From positions 96,001 to 160,000 of the forward strand of contig CAWIBO010000002.1 in NCBI GenBank assembly GCA_963834385.1: a stretch of 64,000 bases of DNA, read 5' to 3'. A program made the position numbers and the translations under genes. Each line of letters begins with the position of its first letter. The first letter of the stretch is position 1. This DNA is from an uncultured Verrucomicrobiae bacterium (lineage in GTDB: Bacteria > Verrucomicrobiota > Verrucomicrobiia > Chthoniobacterales > UBA10450). Shown piece after piece: positions 21,301 through 29,828 of this stretch. The notes beneath the pieces were generated by a model that did no database searches, had not been told where the DNA came from, and saw only the letters and a program-made list of their open reading frames with translations.

Positions 21301-21597
21301 GTGGGGCGCTTGGAAGAGGTCGACGGAAAGGTCGGTCCACCGGGGGTTTTGTGCGTTGACCAGCGCGTTCTTCTTGCTCCTGCGCCAGCCTTTGATTTCT
21401 TTCTCCCGCGCGATGGCGTCACGCGCTTCGTTAAAGACCTCGAAACAGACGAGGCGGTTGAGTCGATAGCTTTTGGTGAAGCCTCGGACGACACCGTACT
21501 GATGCTCCCACACCCGGCGTTCGAGGTTGTTGGTGATCCCGGTATAAAGGACGACCCGGCTCTTATTCGTCATCAGGTAAACGAAGAAGTTCTTCAC
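21265..21597 (-). CDS. Stand-alone small GIY-YIG nuclease (probable GTG start at 21597; ORF open to 21660)
   Basis: FFVYLMTN..RVVLYTGITNNLERRVWEH, GFTKSY, AIAREKEIKGWRRSKK, NPRWTDL. Confidence 0.92.
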   Translation of the reverse strand: MKNFFVYLMTNKSRVVLYTGITNNLERRVWEHQYGVVRGFTKSYRLNRLVCFEVFNEARDAIAREKEIKGWRRSKKNALVNAQNPRWTDLSVDLFQAPHRHPERSEGPHE

Positions 21598-21675
21598 CGT
21601 TGAGTGCCCATTTGGCCGCTTCCCAGTCCTATCCGTGACCGGTGTGGCGGAGAAGCGCAATTACGCCCCGGCGCG

Positions 21676-21933
21676 TGTCATCCCGAGCCGCGCAGACGGC
21701 GAGGGACCCCACGAAAAAAGGACGGGTCCGGCCTTTGTAGCCGCGGGGAGCGCGGGAGGAGTCCGTTGCCGTTTCCGGGTTTTTCGGGGATGGACCGCCG
21801 CAAGCTACTCGTGAGGTCCCTCGCTGCGCTCGGGATGACGTGGGCGCGGGCGCCAGAACGAAAGCTCGCTGCCGGTCCCGGGGTGGACCACCGCAAGCTG
21901 TTCGTGAGGTCCCTCGCTGCGCTCGGGATGACG
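21676..21933. repeat. Right repeat module: arm A plus two B arms; a direct repeat of the left module
   Basis: A arm starts at 21677; B arms end at 21839 and 21932. Confidence 0.95.
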
Positions 21934-21944
21934 GAGGGGGCGCC

Positions 21945-22748
21945 TTACCGGCTTGGAAGTTTCGTCAGCAGTTCGTCGATCTCCTGTTTGAATCCAGGAT
22001 AGGGCCGGGCGCCTTTGATAAACCGAAGCGGCTTGAAAGCACCGTCCGGGGTCGTTGTCCCAAGAAAAAAGGCCGGGGTGCCGGTAACGCCGGCCCGCTT
22101 CCCGTCGGCCAGGTCGCGCCGGACTTTATCGGCATGAGTCCCCTGCGCCAGGCAGCTTTCGAATCGGGCCGAATCCAGCCCAACCGCCGCTGCGTGGGCC
22201 GTCAGGTCGGCCGGAGCGAGGGCCCGCGGATTGGCAAAAAGGGCGTCGTGCATCTCCCAGAATTTTCCCTGGTCCCCGGCGCAGAGCGCGGCTTCGTGCG
22301 CCTTGAACGCCTTTTTGTGGATCGATTCGAGCGGGAAGTTCCGGAAGACATACCGAAGTTTCCCGGTCGCGATGTATTCCGCCTCGAGCTGCGGCAGGGT
22401 CTGTTTCACATGGCGCGCGCAAAAACCGCATTCGTAATCGGTGAACTCCACCAGGGTCAGCGGGGCGGCGGCTTCCCCTTTCGCCGGGGCCCCGGCGAGG
22501 TTCATGGTTACGTCGCGCAACGGGACACCGGCGCGCGGCGGTGCCGGGCGGGGCCTCTCGCGTTCCTGCGCGATCTCGCGGCGCAAAGCGTCCTGCGCCG
22601 TCCGGAATTGTTCGACTTCCTTCCGGAGACGGGCCAGTTCCCGCTGGTTGCCGATCCCGTAGACGGCGGCGACGATGGCTCCCGCCCCCAGCAGAAAGAA
22701 GAGGAAAATCACCCCGACTGGCGAGAGTCCCCGGCTGGCCCTGGCCAT
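21945..22748 (-). CDS. Membrane-anchored DsbA family oxidoreductase
   Basis: [27 protein letters not shown]. Confidence 0.9.
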   Translation of the reverse strand: MARASRGLSPVGVIFLFFLLGAGAIVAAVYGIGNQRELARLRKEVEQFRTAQDALRREIAQERERPRPAPPRAGVPLRDVTMNLAGAPAKGEAAAPLTLVEFTDYECGFCARHVKQTLPQLEAEYIATGKLRYVFRNFPLESIHKKAFKAHEAALCAGDQGKFWEMHDALFANPRALAPADLTAHAAAVGLDSARFESCLAQGTHADKVRRDLADGKRAGVTGTPAFFLGTTTPDGAFKPLRFIKGARPYPGFKQEIDELLTKLPSR

Positions 22749-22871
22749 GTTTTGCCGTGTCGGTTTTCGCCGGCTGCGCCATCGGCCGGAATATGCGGGA
22801 AGGAGAGGCGCGAGGAAAGCCCGGATAAACGCGCTACAAAAAAGGGCGCGCATGCTCTAGCATGCCGCCGC

Positions 22872-23966
22872 ATGTCCAGTTCGTTCGGCCAGCTCTTCCG
22901 AATCTCCACCTTCGGCGAATCGCACGGGGGCGGGGTCGGCGTGGTCATCGACGGCTGTCCGCCCTGCCTCGCTCTCGACCCCGCGGAGATCCAGCGGGAA
23001 CTGGACCGGCGCCGGCCGGGACAGAGCGCGGTCACGACCCAGCGCCAGGAACCGGATCACTGCGAGATTCTTTCCGGGGTGTTCGAAGGCAAAACCCTGG
23101 GAACGCCCATCGCCCTCCTCGTGCGGAACAAGGATGCGCGGGCGGAAGACTACGAGGCGGTGCGCGACACCTATCGTCCCTCGCACGCCGATTTCACCTA
23201 CCAGGCCAAATACGGGATCCGCAACTGGCAGGGAGGCGGCCGCGCTTCCGCCCGCGAAACCATCGGACGGGTCGCGGCGGGCGCCGTGGCGCGCGTGGTC
23301 CTGCGCGCGTTGTTTCCGGATTTCAGCGTGATCGCGTTCGTGCAACAGGCGGGCGAAATCGTGGCCAGGGTCGAGCATGATTCGCTGCGGGAAGCGGTGG
23401 AGACCAACGTGATGCGTTGTCCGGATGAAAAAGCGGCCCAAGCCATGATCGCGCTCGTTGAGCAGGTCCGGGCCGAGGGCGATTCAATCGGCGGAATCAT
23501 CGAGTGTGTGGTTAGAGGTCTGCCGGCCGGCCTTGGAGAACCGGTCTTCGACAAGCTCGAGGCCGACCTGGCCAAGGCCATGATGAGTCTTCCGGCCACG
23601 AAGGGTTTCGAGATCGGCTCCGGCTTTGCCGCGGCCAGCCAGCGCGGATCGGCGCACAACGATCCTTTCGTCCAGCGTGAGGGACGCATCGGCACGGCCA
23701 CCAATAACTCAGGCGGCGTCCAGGGTGGGATCAGCAATGGCGAACCGATCGTGTTCCGGGTCGCCTTCAAACCGCCGGCCACGACGGCGCGGGAGCAGAA
23801 AACTGTCACGACAACCGGCGAAGAGACCAAGGTGGCCGTGGGTGGCCGGCACGATCCCTGTGTCCTGCCGCGGGCGGTTCCCATCGTGGAAGCCATGGCC
23901 GCGCTGGTCCTGTGCGACCACGCGCTGCGACAACGCGCCCTGTCCGTCGCGGGAGGAACGCCCTGA
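22872..23966 (+). CDS. aroC: Chorismate synthase
   Basis: [44 protein letters not shown]. Confidence 0.97.
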   Translation: MSSSFGQLFRISTFGESHGGGVGVVIDGCPPCLALDPAEIQRELDRRRPGQSAVTTQRQEPDHCEILSGVFEGKTLGTPIALLVRNKDARAEDYEAVRDTYRPSHADFTYQAKYGIRNWQGGGRASARETIGRVAAGAVARVVLRALFPDFSVIAFVQQAGEIVARVEHDSLREAVETNVMRCPDEKAAQAMIALVEQVRAEGDSIGGIIECVVRGLPAGLGEPVFDKLEADLAKAMMSLPATKGFEIGSGFAAASQRGSAHNDPFVQREGRIGTATNNSGGVQGGISNGEPIVFRVAFKPPATTAREQKTVTTTGEETKVAVGGRHDPCVLPRAVPIVEAMAALVLCDHALRQRALSVAGGTP

Positions 23967-24886
23967 TGTTCGCGGCCATCGGCGATGCGGGCGGAGTGGT
24001 TGCCGGGTCGTCCCGCTGGCAACTGATCTTTCTCGGGATCGCCCTCCTTATCATTGCGCTCGAGATCGTGCGCGGCTGGCGACTCGGTTTCTTCCGGCAA
24101 CTGGTGCGGATCGGGGCTGTTCTCTGCGCCTATGCCGCGGCCATTTTCCTCGGGCCACTCTTCGTTCCGCTGCTCCGGCCGGTCTTTACTCTGCCCGACA
24201 TCGTCCTTGGCGCCATCGGGGGAAGCATTCTCGCGGTGATTGTCTACGCCCTCGTCGCGGCGCTCGGCAATTTCTTCGTCCGGCGTGCCGGACAGCCGAC
24301 GAACGGCGTTCTTCGGCTGTTCCAGGGCGCGGGCGGCGGTTTCCTCGGGATCGTTTTCGGGTTCTTCATCGTCTGGCTGCTGGTCGTGAGCATTCGCCTG
24401 GTCGGTTCCTTCGCGGAAACGCAGGTCAAGGCTCTTCCGACCGTTCCCGCCGAAGCGGTCACCAGCGGCGGGACACCCGCGCCTTCCACGCGGTCGCGGG
24501 CGGACGTGTCGCTCGCGCTCTCACTCGCACGTCTGAAAAATTCGGTCGAGCTCGGCGCGGTGGGCGAGGTCGTGAAAACGGCCGACGTCGTCCCGGACCG
24601 GACCTACGACACACTGGCGAAGGCGGGCGGGTTGCTCGGCCAGCCCGAACGGGCGCGGCGTTTCCTCGACACGCCCGGCGCGAGGGACCTGTCGGAGCAT
24701 CCCCGGCTGGTGGCTCTGCGCGAGGACCCGGAAATCCAGGAGCTTTTGCTGGAGGGCCGCCTTTTCGAACTGATGCAGCATCCCCGGATCATTGAAGCGG
24801 CCAATGATCCGACGGTGGTGGAACGGGTAAGGCGCTTCGACCTGTTCAAGGCGCTGGAAGAGGCCGATCAACCGTCGGTGAAATAG
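23966..24886 (+). CDS. CvpA-family membrane protein with soluble C-terminal extension
   Basis: RGWRLGFFRQL plus several TM helices and a G..GG..G..FG pattern. Confidence 0.75.
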   Translation: MFAAIGDAGGVVAGSSRWQLIFLGIALLIIALEIVRGWRLGFFRQLVRIGAVLCAYAAAIFLGPLFVPLLRPVFTLPDIVLGAIGGSILAVIVYALVAALGNFFVRRAGQPTNGVLRLFQGAGGGFLGIVFGFFIVWLLVVSIRLVGSFAETQVKALPTVPAEAVTSGGTPAPSTRSRADVSLALSLARLKNSVELGAVGEVVKTADVVPDRTYDTLAKAGGLLGQPERARRFLDTPGARDLSEHPRLVALREDPEIQELLLEGRLFELMQHPRIIEAANDPTVVERVRRFDLFKALEEADQPSVK

Positions 24887-24890
24887 CGTG

Positions 24891-26339
24891 ATGCCATGGC
24901 TCACCACCATCGGGCTGGAGGTGCATGTGCAGCTCAAGACGCAGTCCAAGATGTTTTGCGCCTGCGCCACCGCGTTCGGGTCGCCGCCGAACTCGCAGAC
25001 CTGCCCGACCTGTCTCGGCCTGCCTGGCTCGCTTCCGGTGGTGAACGAGGAGGCTTTGCGCCTGACCGTGAGGGCCGGGCTCATGCTCGGGAGCGAGATT
25101 CCCGCGCTCTCGAGGTTTGACCGGAAAAATTATTTCTATCCGGACATGCCGAAGAACTACCAGATCTCGCAGTACGAATTTCCGCTCTGTCTCGGCGGCC
25201 GGGTTCCGTTGCCTGAGCTGGCCTGGCCCAAAGACGCGCGGGAGGGAGCGGTCGAAAAATCAGTGCCGCTCGTCCGCATCCATCTCGAGGAAGACGTGGC
25301 CAAAAGTTTTCATTTTCCGAACGCCACCGGGGTCGACTTCAACCGGGCCGGCCTGCCGCTGATGGAAATAGTCTCCGCGCCGGAGCTGGAGTCGCCCGAG
25401 GAGGCTTTCGCTTTTCTGACTTCGCTTCGCCAGATTCTCGTTCATGGCGGCATCAGCGATGCCGACATGGAGAAGGGCCAGTTGCGCTGTGATTGCAACG
25501 TCTCGGTGCGTCCCGCGGGGCAGGCCGGGCTGGGGGCGAAGATCGAGATCAAGAACATGAACTCGATCAGCGGGGTGCGCCGCGCGCTCACGTATGAGAT
25601 CGAACGGCAACAGGCCGCCCTGGCGGATGGCGAAACGCTTTCGCAGGAAACACGGGGCTGGGACGATGCCGCCGGCCGAACTTTTCTCATGCGGACAAAG
25701 GAATCGGCGCAGGATTACCATTATTTTCCCGAGCCCGACCTTGTTCCGTTGCAAACGGCGACACTGGTGGAGGCGGCGCGGCGCGATCTGCCGGAGCTGC
25801 CCGCGGCAAAAAGAGAGCGTTTCATCGAGGCCTACGGGATTACGCCTTACGATGCCGGGGTCCTGGCGGACGACCCTGCCCTTGCCTCCTATTTTGAGAA
25901 AGCCGCGTCGGGTGCAGGCAAAGCGAAAACGGTGGCGAATTGGGTCCTGAACGATCTGCAAAGCGCGCTGGCCGCGGCCGGGCAAACGATCACCGACTGT
26001 CCGGTCGCGCCGGAATCGCTGGGCGCGCTGGTGGAATTGGTCGAGAGCGGCCGGATCAGCGGCCGGCAGGGCAAGGAAGTGTTTGCGGAGATGTTCGCTG
26101 GTGGACGTTCCCCGGCCGAGATCGTGGCCGCGAAGGGACTGACGCAGGTGACCGACCGGAACGAACTGGAGGCGCTCTGCGACCAGGTGATCGCGGCCCA
26201 CCCGAAACCGGTCGCCGACTTCCGGGCGGGCAACGTTGCTTCGCTTAACTTTTTGAAAGGCCAGGCGATGAAACTTTCGCAAGGGCGGGCGAATCCGGCG
26301 CTCCTCGGTGACATTCTCCGGGAAAAACTTTCCTCCTGA
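24891..26339 (+). CDS. gatB: Asp/Glu-tRNA amidotransferase subunit B
   Basis: IGLEVHVQL, FDRKNYFYPD, RIHLEED, LRCDCNVS, EIKNMNS, YFPEPDL. Confidence 0.97.
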   Translation: MPWLTTIGLEVHVQLKTQSKMFCACATAFGSPPNSQTCPTCLGLPGSLPVVNEEALRLTVRAGLMLGSEIPALSRFDRKNYFYPDMPKNYQISQYEFPLCLGGRVPLPELAWPKDAREGAVEKSVPLVRIHLEEDVAKSFHFPNATGVDFNRAGLPLMEIVSAPELESPEEAFAFLTSLRQILVHGGISDADMEKGQLRCDCNVSVRPAGQAGLGAKIEIKNMNSISGVRRALTYEIERQQAALADGETLSQETRGWDDAAGRTFLMRTKESAQDYHYFPEPDLVPLQTATLVEAARRDLPELPAAKRERFIEAYGITPYDAGVLADDPALASYFEKAASGAGKAKTVANWVLNDLQSALAAAGQTITDCPVAPESLGALVELVESGRISGRQGKEVFAEMFAGGRSPAEIVAAKGLTQVTDRNELEALCDQVIAAHPKPVADFRAGNVASLNFLKGQAMKLSQGRANPALLGDILREKLSS

Positions 26340-26354
26340 ACGCGCGGGGCGCCC

Positions 26355-27446
26355 ATGAGAGTCCTGCTCGCGCCCGACAAGTATAAGGGAACGCTTTCGG
26401 CCCGGGCTGTGGCCGAGGCGATGGCGGCGGGGTTACGCGACCTTCTGCCCGGGATTGAACTCGATCTCCAGCCGGTGGCTGACGGGGGCGAAGGGACCGC
26501 GGAGATCCTTTGCGCCGTGTGGGAGGGAGAGTGGAGGTCGGCGCGCGCGCACGATGCCATTGGACATCCGATTGAGGCGCGCTTTGCCTGGCGGAAGGAG
26601 ACTGGGCAGGCCGCGCTGGACATGAGCGAGACGGCCGGAATGGCACGACTGAAATGCCTGGAGCCAGCGCGGGCAGACACTTTTGGCGTGGGCGAGATGA
26701 TGAAGGCCGCGGCCGAACAAGGTGCGAAGGAGATCGTGGTCGGTTTGGGCGGGAGCGCGACCAACGACGGCGGGTGGGGCATGGCCCGCGCGCTCGGTTA
26801 CGAGTTTCTTGGGCGCGACGGCGCCGTGCTGGAGGAAGTCTGCGCCCTGGCCGAACTGGAACGGATCGTGCCGCCGGCGGCGCCCTTCCCTGTGCGCGTG
26901 GTGGCCGCAGCTGACGTCGCCAATCCCCTGCTCGGGGCGCGCGGCGCCACGGCGGTTTTTGGACCGCAAAAAGGAGTGCGGGACCTTGCCCGGTTCGAAG
27001 CGGCCCTGACCCGTCTGGCTGAAGTGGCGGCGAGACAATGGGGGCGTGATGAGTCGGCGCGCGCCGGGGCGGGCGCGGCAGGCGGGTTGGGCTTCGGCCT
27101 GCTCGTTTTCGCCGGCGCGAAGATCGAGCCGGGGTTCGAGGTGGTCTCGCGGGCGCTCTCACTTCCCGAGCGGGTGGCGGCGGCCGATCTCGTCCTGACT
27201 GGCGAAGGCCAGCTCGACGCACAGACCCTGGAAGGCAAGGCGCCCGCCGGGGTGGCACGCCTCGCCCGCGCGGCCGGAAAACGCTGTCTCGCGGTGGTGG
27301 GCCGTTCCCGCCTGTCCGGCGCGGAGAGCCAGCTTTTCGACCGGGTGATTGCGGTGCTCAAGGCAGGCGCGTCGGCCACAGGGATTGATCCGGCTGACGC
27401 CGTTCGCCGCACCGTGCGGGAAGGGTTGCGAGAAGAGATCTGCTAG
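26355..27446 (+). CDS. Glycerate kinase (GlxK/GarK family)
   Basis: APDKYKGTL, ADGGEGT, GLGGSATNDGG, GAAGGLG, TGEG.LD.QT..GK. Confidence 0.93.
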   Translation: MRVLLAPDKYKGTLSARAVAEAMAAGLRDLLPGIELDLQPVADGGEGTAEILCAVWEGEWRSARAHDAIGHPIEARFAWRKETGQAALDMSETAGMARLKCLEPARADTFGVGEMMKAAAEQGAKEIVVGLGGSATNDGGWGMARALGYEFLGRDGAVLEEVCALAELERIVPPAAPFPVRVVAAADVANPLLGARGATAVFGPQKGVRDLARFEAALTRLAEVAARQWGRDESARAGAGAAGGLGFGLLVFAGAKIEPGFEVVSRALSLPERVAAADLVLTGEGQLDAQTLEGKAPAGVARLARAAGKRCLAVVGRSRLSGAESQLFDRVIAVLKAGASATGIDPADAVRRTVREGLREEIC

Positions 27447-28001
27447 GGACCGGTTGCCTGGGCGCGAAAGCGGCGCGCGTTTTCGACGTATTTGCGGGCC
27501 CACCCGGCGATCGATCGTTGGGTCTCGGAATCGAGCGCCCGCACGATTCGCGCCGGTGAACCGTGCACCAGGGAACCCTCGGGGATTTCCATGCCGAGGG
27601 TGACCAGCGCGCCGGCGCCGATGATCGAGCGCGGTCCGATCCGGGCGCCGTCGAGAATAATGGCGCCCATGCCGACCAAGGACCTCATCGCCGACTTCGC
27701 AGGCATGCACGATGGCCCCGTGCCCGACCGTGACCAGTTCGCCGAGCAGGCAGGGATAATCATCAGCCAGGTGGAGCACCGCGTTGTCCTGCACATTGGA
27801 GCGTGGTCCGATGACGATGCGATTGATGTCGCCGCGCGCGACGACGCCATACCAAATGCTGGCTTCTTCGCCGATGGAAACGTCGCCCACCACCGTGGCC
27901 GTGGGCGCGATCCAGGCCGTGGGATGGATTGTCGGGCCGCGCGCCAACCGGTCGGCTACTCCGGCAATGCCGGCAGGCGGGGTGCTGACCGATTGCTCCA
28001 T
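27443..28001 (-). CDS. Gamma carbonic anhydrase family protein (frameshift near 27678)
   Basis: GDV.IG, RGD, SNVQD, TVGH..VHAC, then LVGMGAIILDGARIG in the next frame. Confidence 0.9.
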
Positions 28002-28072
28002 GAAGCAGCGTCGCTTTGCGGCATGCCTGATGCAAGGTGGTGATCAGTGCAGGCAAGGTCGCTCCCTCCTCC

Positions 28073-28500
28073 GGTAGGGCGAGACTCCGTCGAGCCTGGG
28101 GGAGCGCCTCGCCTCCGTTGAAGAAGACAGGATTAACAGGATTTTGCAGGATTGTTTTGGGAGCAGGACCACCGCGCACAGCGGTCGCGGCGCATTCTCC
28201 CAGGCTCCGCAGAGCGTCGCCCTACCGGGGAAACTTCAAACGATTCACCATTCACGCCCTCTCTTCCGGTAGGGCGAGACTCCGTCGAGCCTGGAGGAGC
28301 GCCTCGCCTCCGTTGAAGAAGACAGGATTAACAGGATTTTGCAGGATTGTTTTGGGATCAGGACCACCGCGCACAGCGGTCGCGGCGCATTCTCCCAGGC
28401 TCCGCAGAGCGTCGCCCTACCGAAGGAACCCCAACGATTCACTACTCACGATTCACCATTCACGCCCCCTATCCACGGTAGGGCGAGACTCCGTCGAGCC
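28073..28500. repeat. GTAG-tagged REP doublets: two 154-bp units 195 bp apart plus a third left arm
   Basis: GGTAGGGCGAGACTCCGTCGAGCC at 28073, 28268 and 28477; inverted arm GGCTCCGCAGAGCGTCGCCCTACC ending at 28226 and 28421. Confidence 0.93.
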
Positions 28501-28528
28501 TGGGGGAGCGCCCCGCCTCGGAGGTCTC

Positions 28529-28578
28529 GGAGGGACCTGCTTCCGCAGGTCCACGGACGAGCGGAAGCTCGTCCCTCC
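28529..28578. repeat. GGAG-tagged palindromic doublet
   Basis: GGAGGGACCTGCTTCCGCAGGTCC-AC-GGACGAGCGGAAGCTCGTCCCTCC; degenerate inverted copy at about 54152-54198. Confidence 0.85.
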
Positions 28579-28580
28579 GT

Positions 28581-29225
28581 TCAGTCTTTGCGTTGGATCT
28601 TGCCGGCCCCGGCGATCTGCTGCTCCAGGATTTTCGGGTCGCCTTTGTAGGTGACCTTGCCGGCGCCGCTAATGGCGACCTTGAGGGTTTTTTCGACGCT
28701 GATCTCAGCCTTCGAGGCCCCGGTGAGATCGAGGGTCGCGTTCTGGGTCTTGAGTTCCTCCGCGTTCAACCGGCTCGCTCCCGTGTGGCTCGCCGTCAGT
28801 TCGTTTACGTTGCCCTCCAGCGTCACCCGGGAGGCGCCCGTGGTGCGGACGACGAATTTCTCACCGGTCACCCCTTTCCCGGTAAAACGGGAGGCACCGG
28901 TCAGCTCGACTGCGGCGAGGGCCGGGCTGGTCAGCAGAACCTTCACGCTCTCCGTCGGATTGATCCGTTGCCGTGTGCGAATGACGAGTTTGTCGCCGTC
29001 GATCGAGGTTTTCACATATTGATGCAGGTTCTCATCGGTCACCACCTGCAGCGAGACCGGGCCGGGCGACCATTCGACGCGGTAGGCCCCGCTCGTTTCC
29101 AGGGTGGTGAACGGGTCGATCTGTCGCGTCTCGGTCGTGACCCTGCCGTTGCCCTCGATGCCCCGCCAGTCGCAGCCGGCGCCGACGAGAAAGACCAGCG
29201 CGAGCGTAAAAATATATTTTTTCAT
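28581..29225 (-). CDS. GIN/DUF2807 beta-helix lipoprotein
   Basis: Lipobox GAGC, GNG...E.R, repeated TGAS motifs, SGAGKVTYKGDP. Confidence 0.85.
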   Translation of the reverse strand: MKKYIFTLALVFLVGAGCDWRGIEGNGRVTTETRQIDPFTTLETSGAYRVEWSPGPVSLQVVTDENLHQYVKTSIDGDKLVIRTRQRINPTESVKVLLTSPALAAVELTGASRFTGKGVTGEKFVVRTTGASRVTLEGNVNELTASHTGASRLNAEELKTQNATLDLTGASKAEISVEKTLKVAISGAGKVTYKGDPKILEQQIAGAGKIQRKD

Positions 29226-29294
29226 TTTTGGTTCACGGATGGGATGCGCCCCGGGGCCGATTTGGATTCAAAAACTTTGCGGGAAAGAGCGTCA

Positions 29295-29774
29295 TCACTC
29301 CTCGCCATCAAAGTAATCAAGCGCTTCACTCCGCAGGAGACGCCGTTCCGGTGAACGCACCAGCCACTTTCCGCTGTCAGGGTAAAAGCAGGATTCACCG
29401 CGCGGGTTGTCAGCCACGACGTAGACCACAAGGTCAACGTCACCGTCGTTGATGATCTGGTGCGGCTCGTCCGGTCCGAAGATGAAAACGTCGCCTTCCT
29501 GCACCGTGGTGGTGCCCTCCTTGTGCCGGACGCTGCCACGGCCGGAAAGAACGTGGTAAAATTCCCACTGCGCGCTGTGTGAATGGTACGGGTAGGGCAC
29601 CTGGCCCGGGGTGAGCCGCATGATCTCGACGTCAAACGGATGCCGGTGGGCGAAGTCGGACGAATTCATGTCGCAGCCAAGCGCCTCGGAAAGGCCGCGG
29701 CCGGCCCCGCCGTATTTGCCCTTGGGCGAAGACCAGGTCTCTTCGGTCAGACCCTTGGCGTTGACCATGCGCAT
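29295..29774 (-). CDS. Cupin domain protein
   Basis: PYHSHSAQWEFYHVLSG, PDEPHQIIN, YPDSGKW, YFDGEE. Confidence 0.88.
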   Translation of the reverse strand: MRMVNAKGLTEETWSSPKGKYGGAGRGLSEALGCDMNSSDFAHRHPFDVEIMRLTPGQVPYPYHSHSAQWEFYHVLSGRGSVRHKEGTTTVQEGDVFIFGPDEPHQIINDGDVDLVVYVVADNPRGESCFYPDSGKWLVRSPERRLLRSEALDYFDGEE

Positions 29775-29828
29775 TCCGCAAGGAGATGGTTTTCCCGCGG
29801 GAAGGTCAACCGCGATCCAGCGCGAGGC

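Noticed and set aside
21030..21933. CRISPR array next to a nuclease
   Set aside because: Arms occur in both orientations, the intervening segments are homologous to each other rather than unique spacers, and no cas genes are present.
21030..21933. Classical insertion sequence
   Set aside because: No DDE, HUH or serine transposase motifs and no target-site duplication are evident; the flanks are direct copies of a multi-arm module.
21840..22871. 344-aa N-terminal extension of AroC in the ORF track
   Set aside because: It overlaps the repeat module and the antisense DsbA gene; AroC homology begins at ATG 22872.
28073..28500. CRISPR array, or the 205-aa ORF 28037-28654
   Set aside because: The units are near-identical along their whole length, and the ORF is simply the translation of a 195-bp in-frame tandem repeat.
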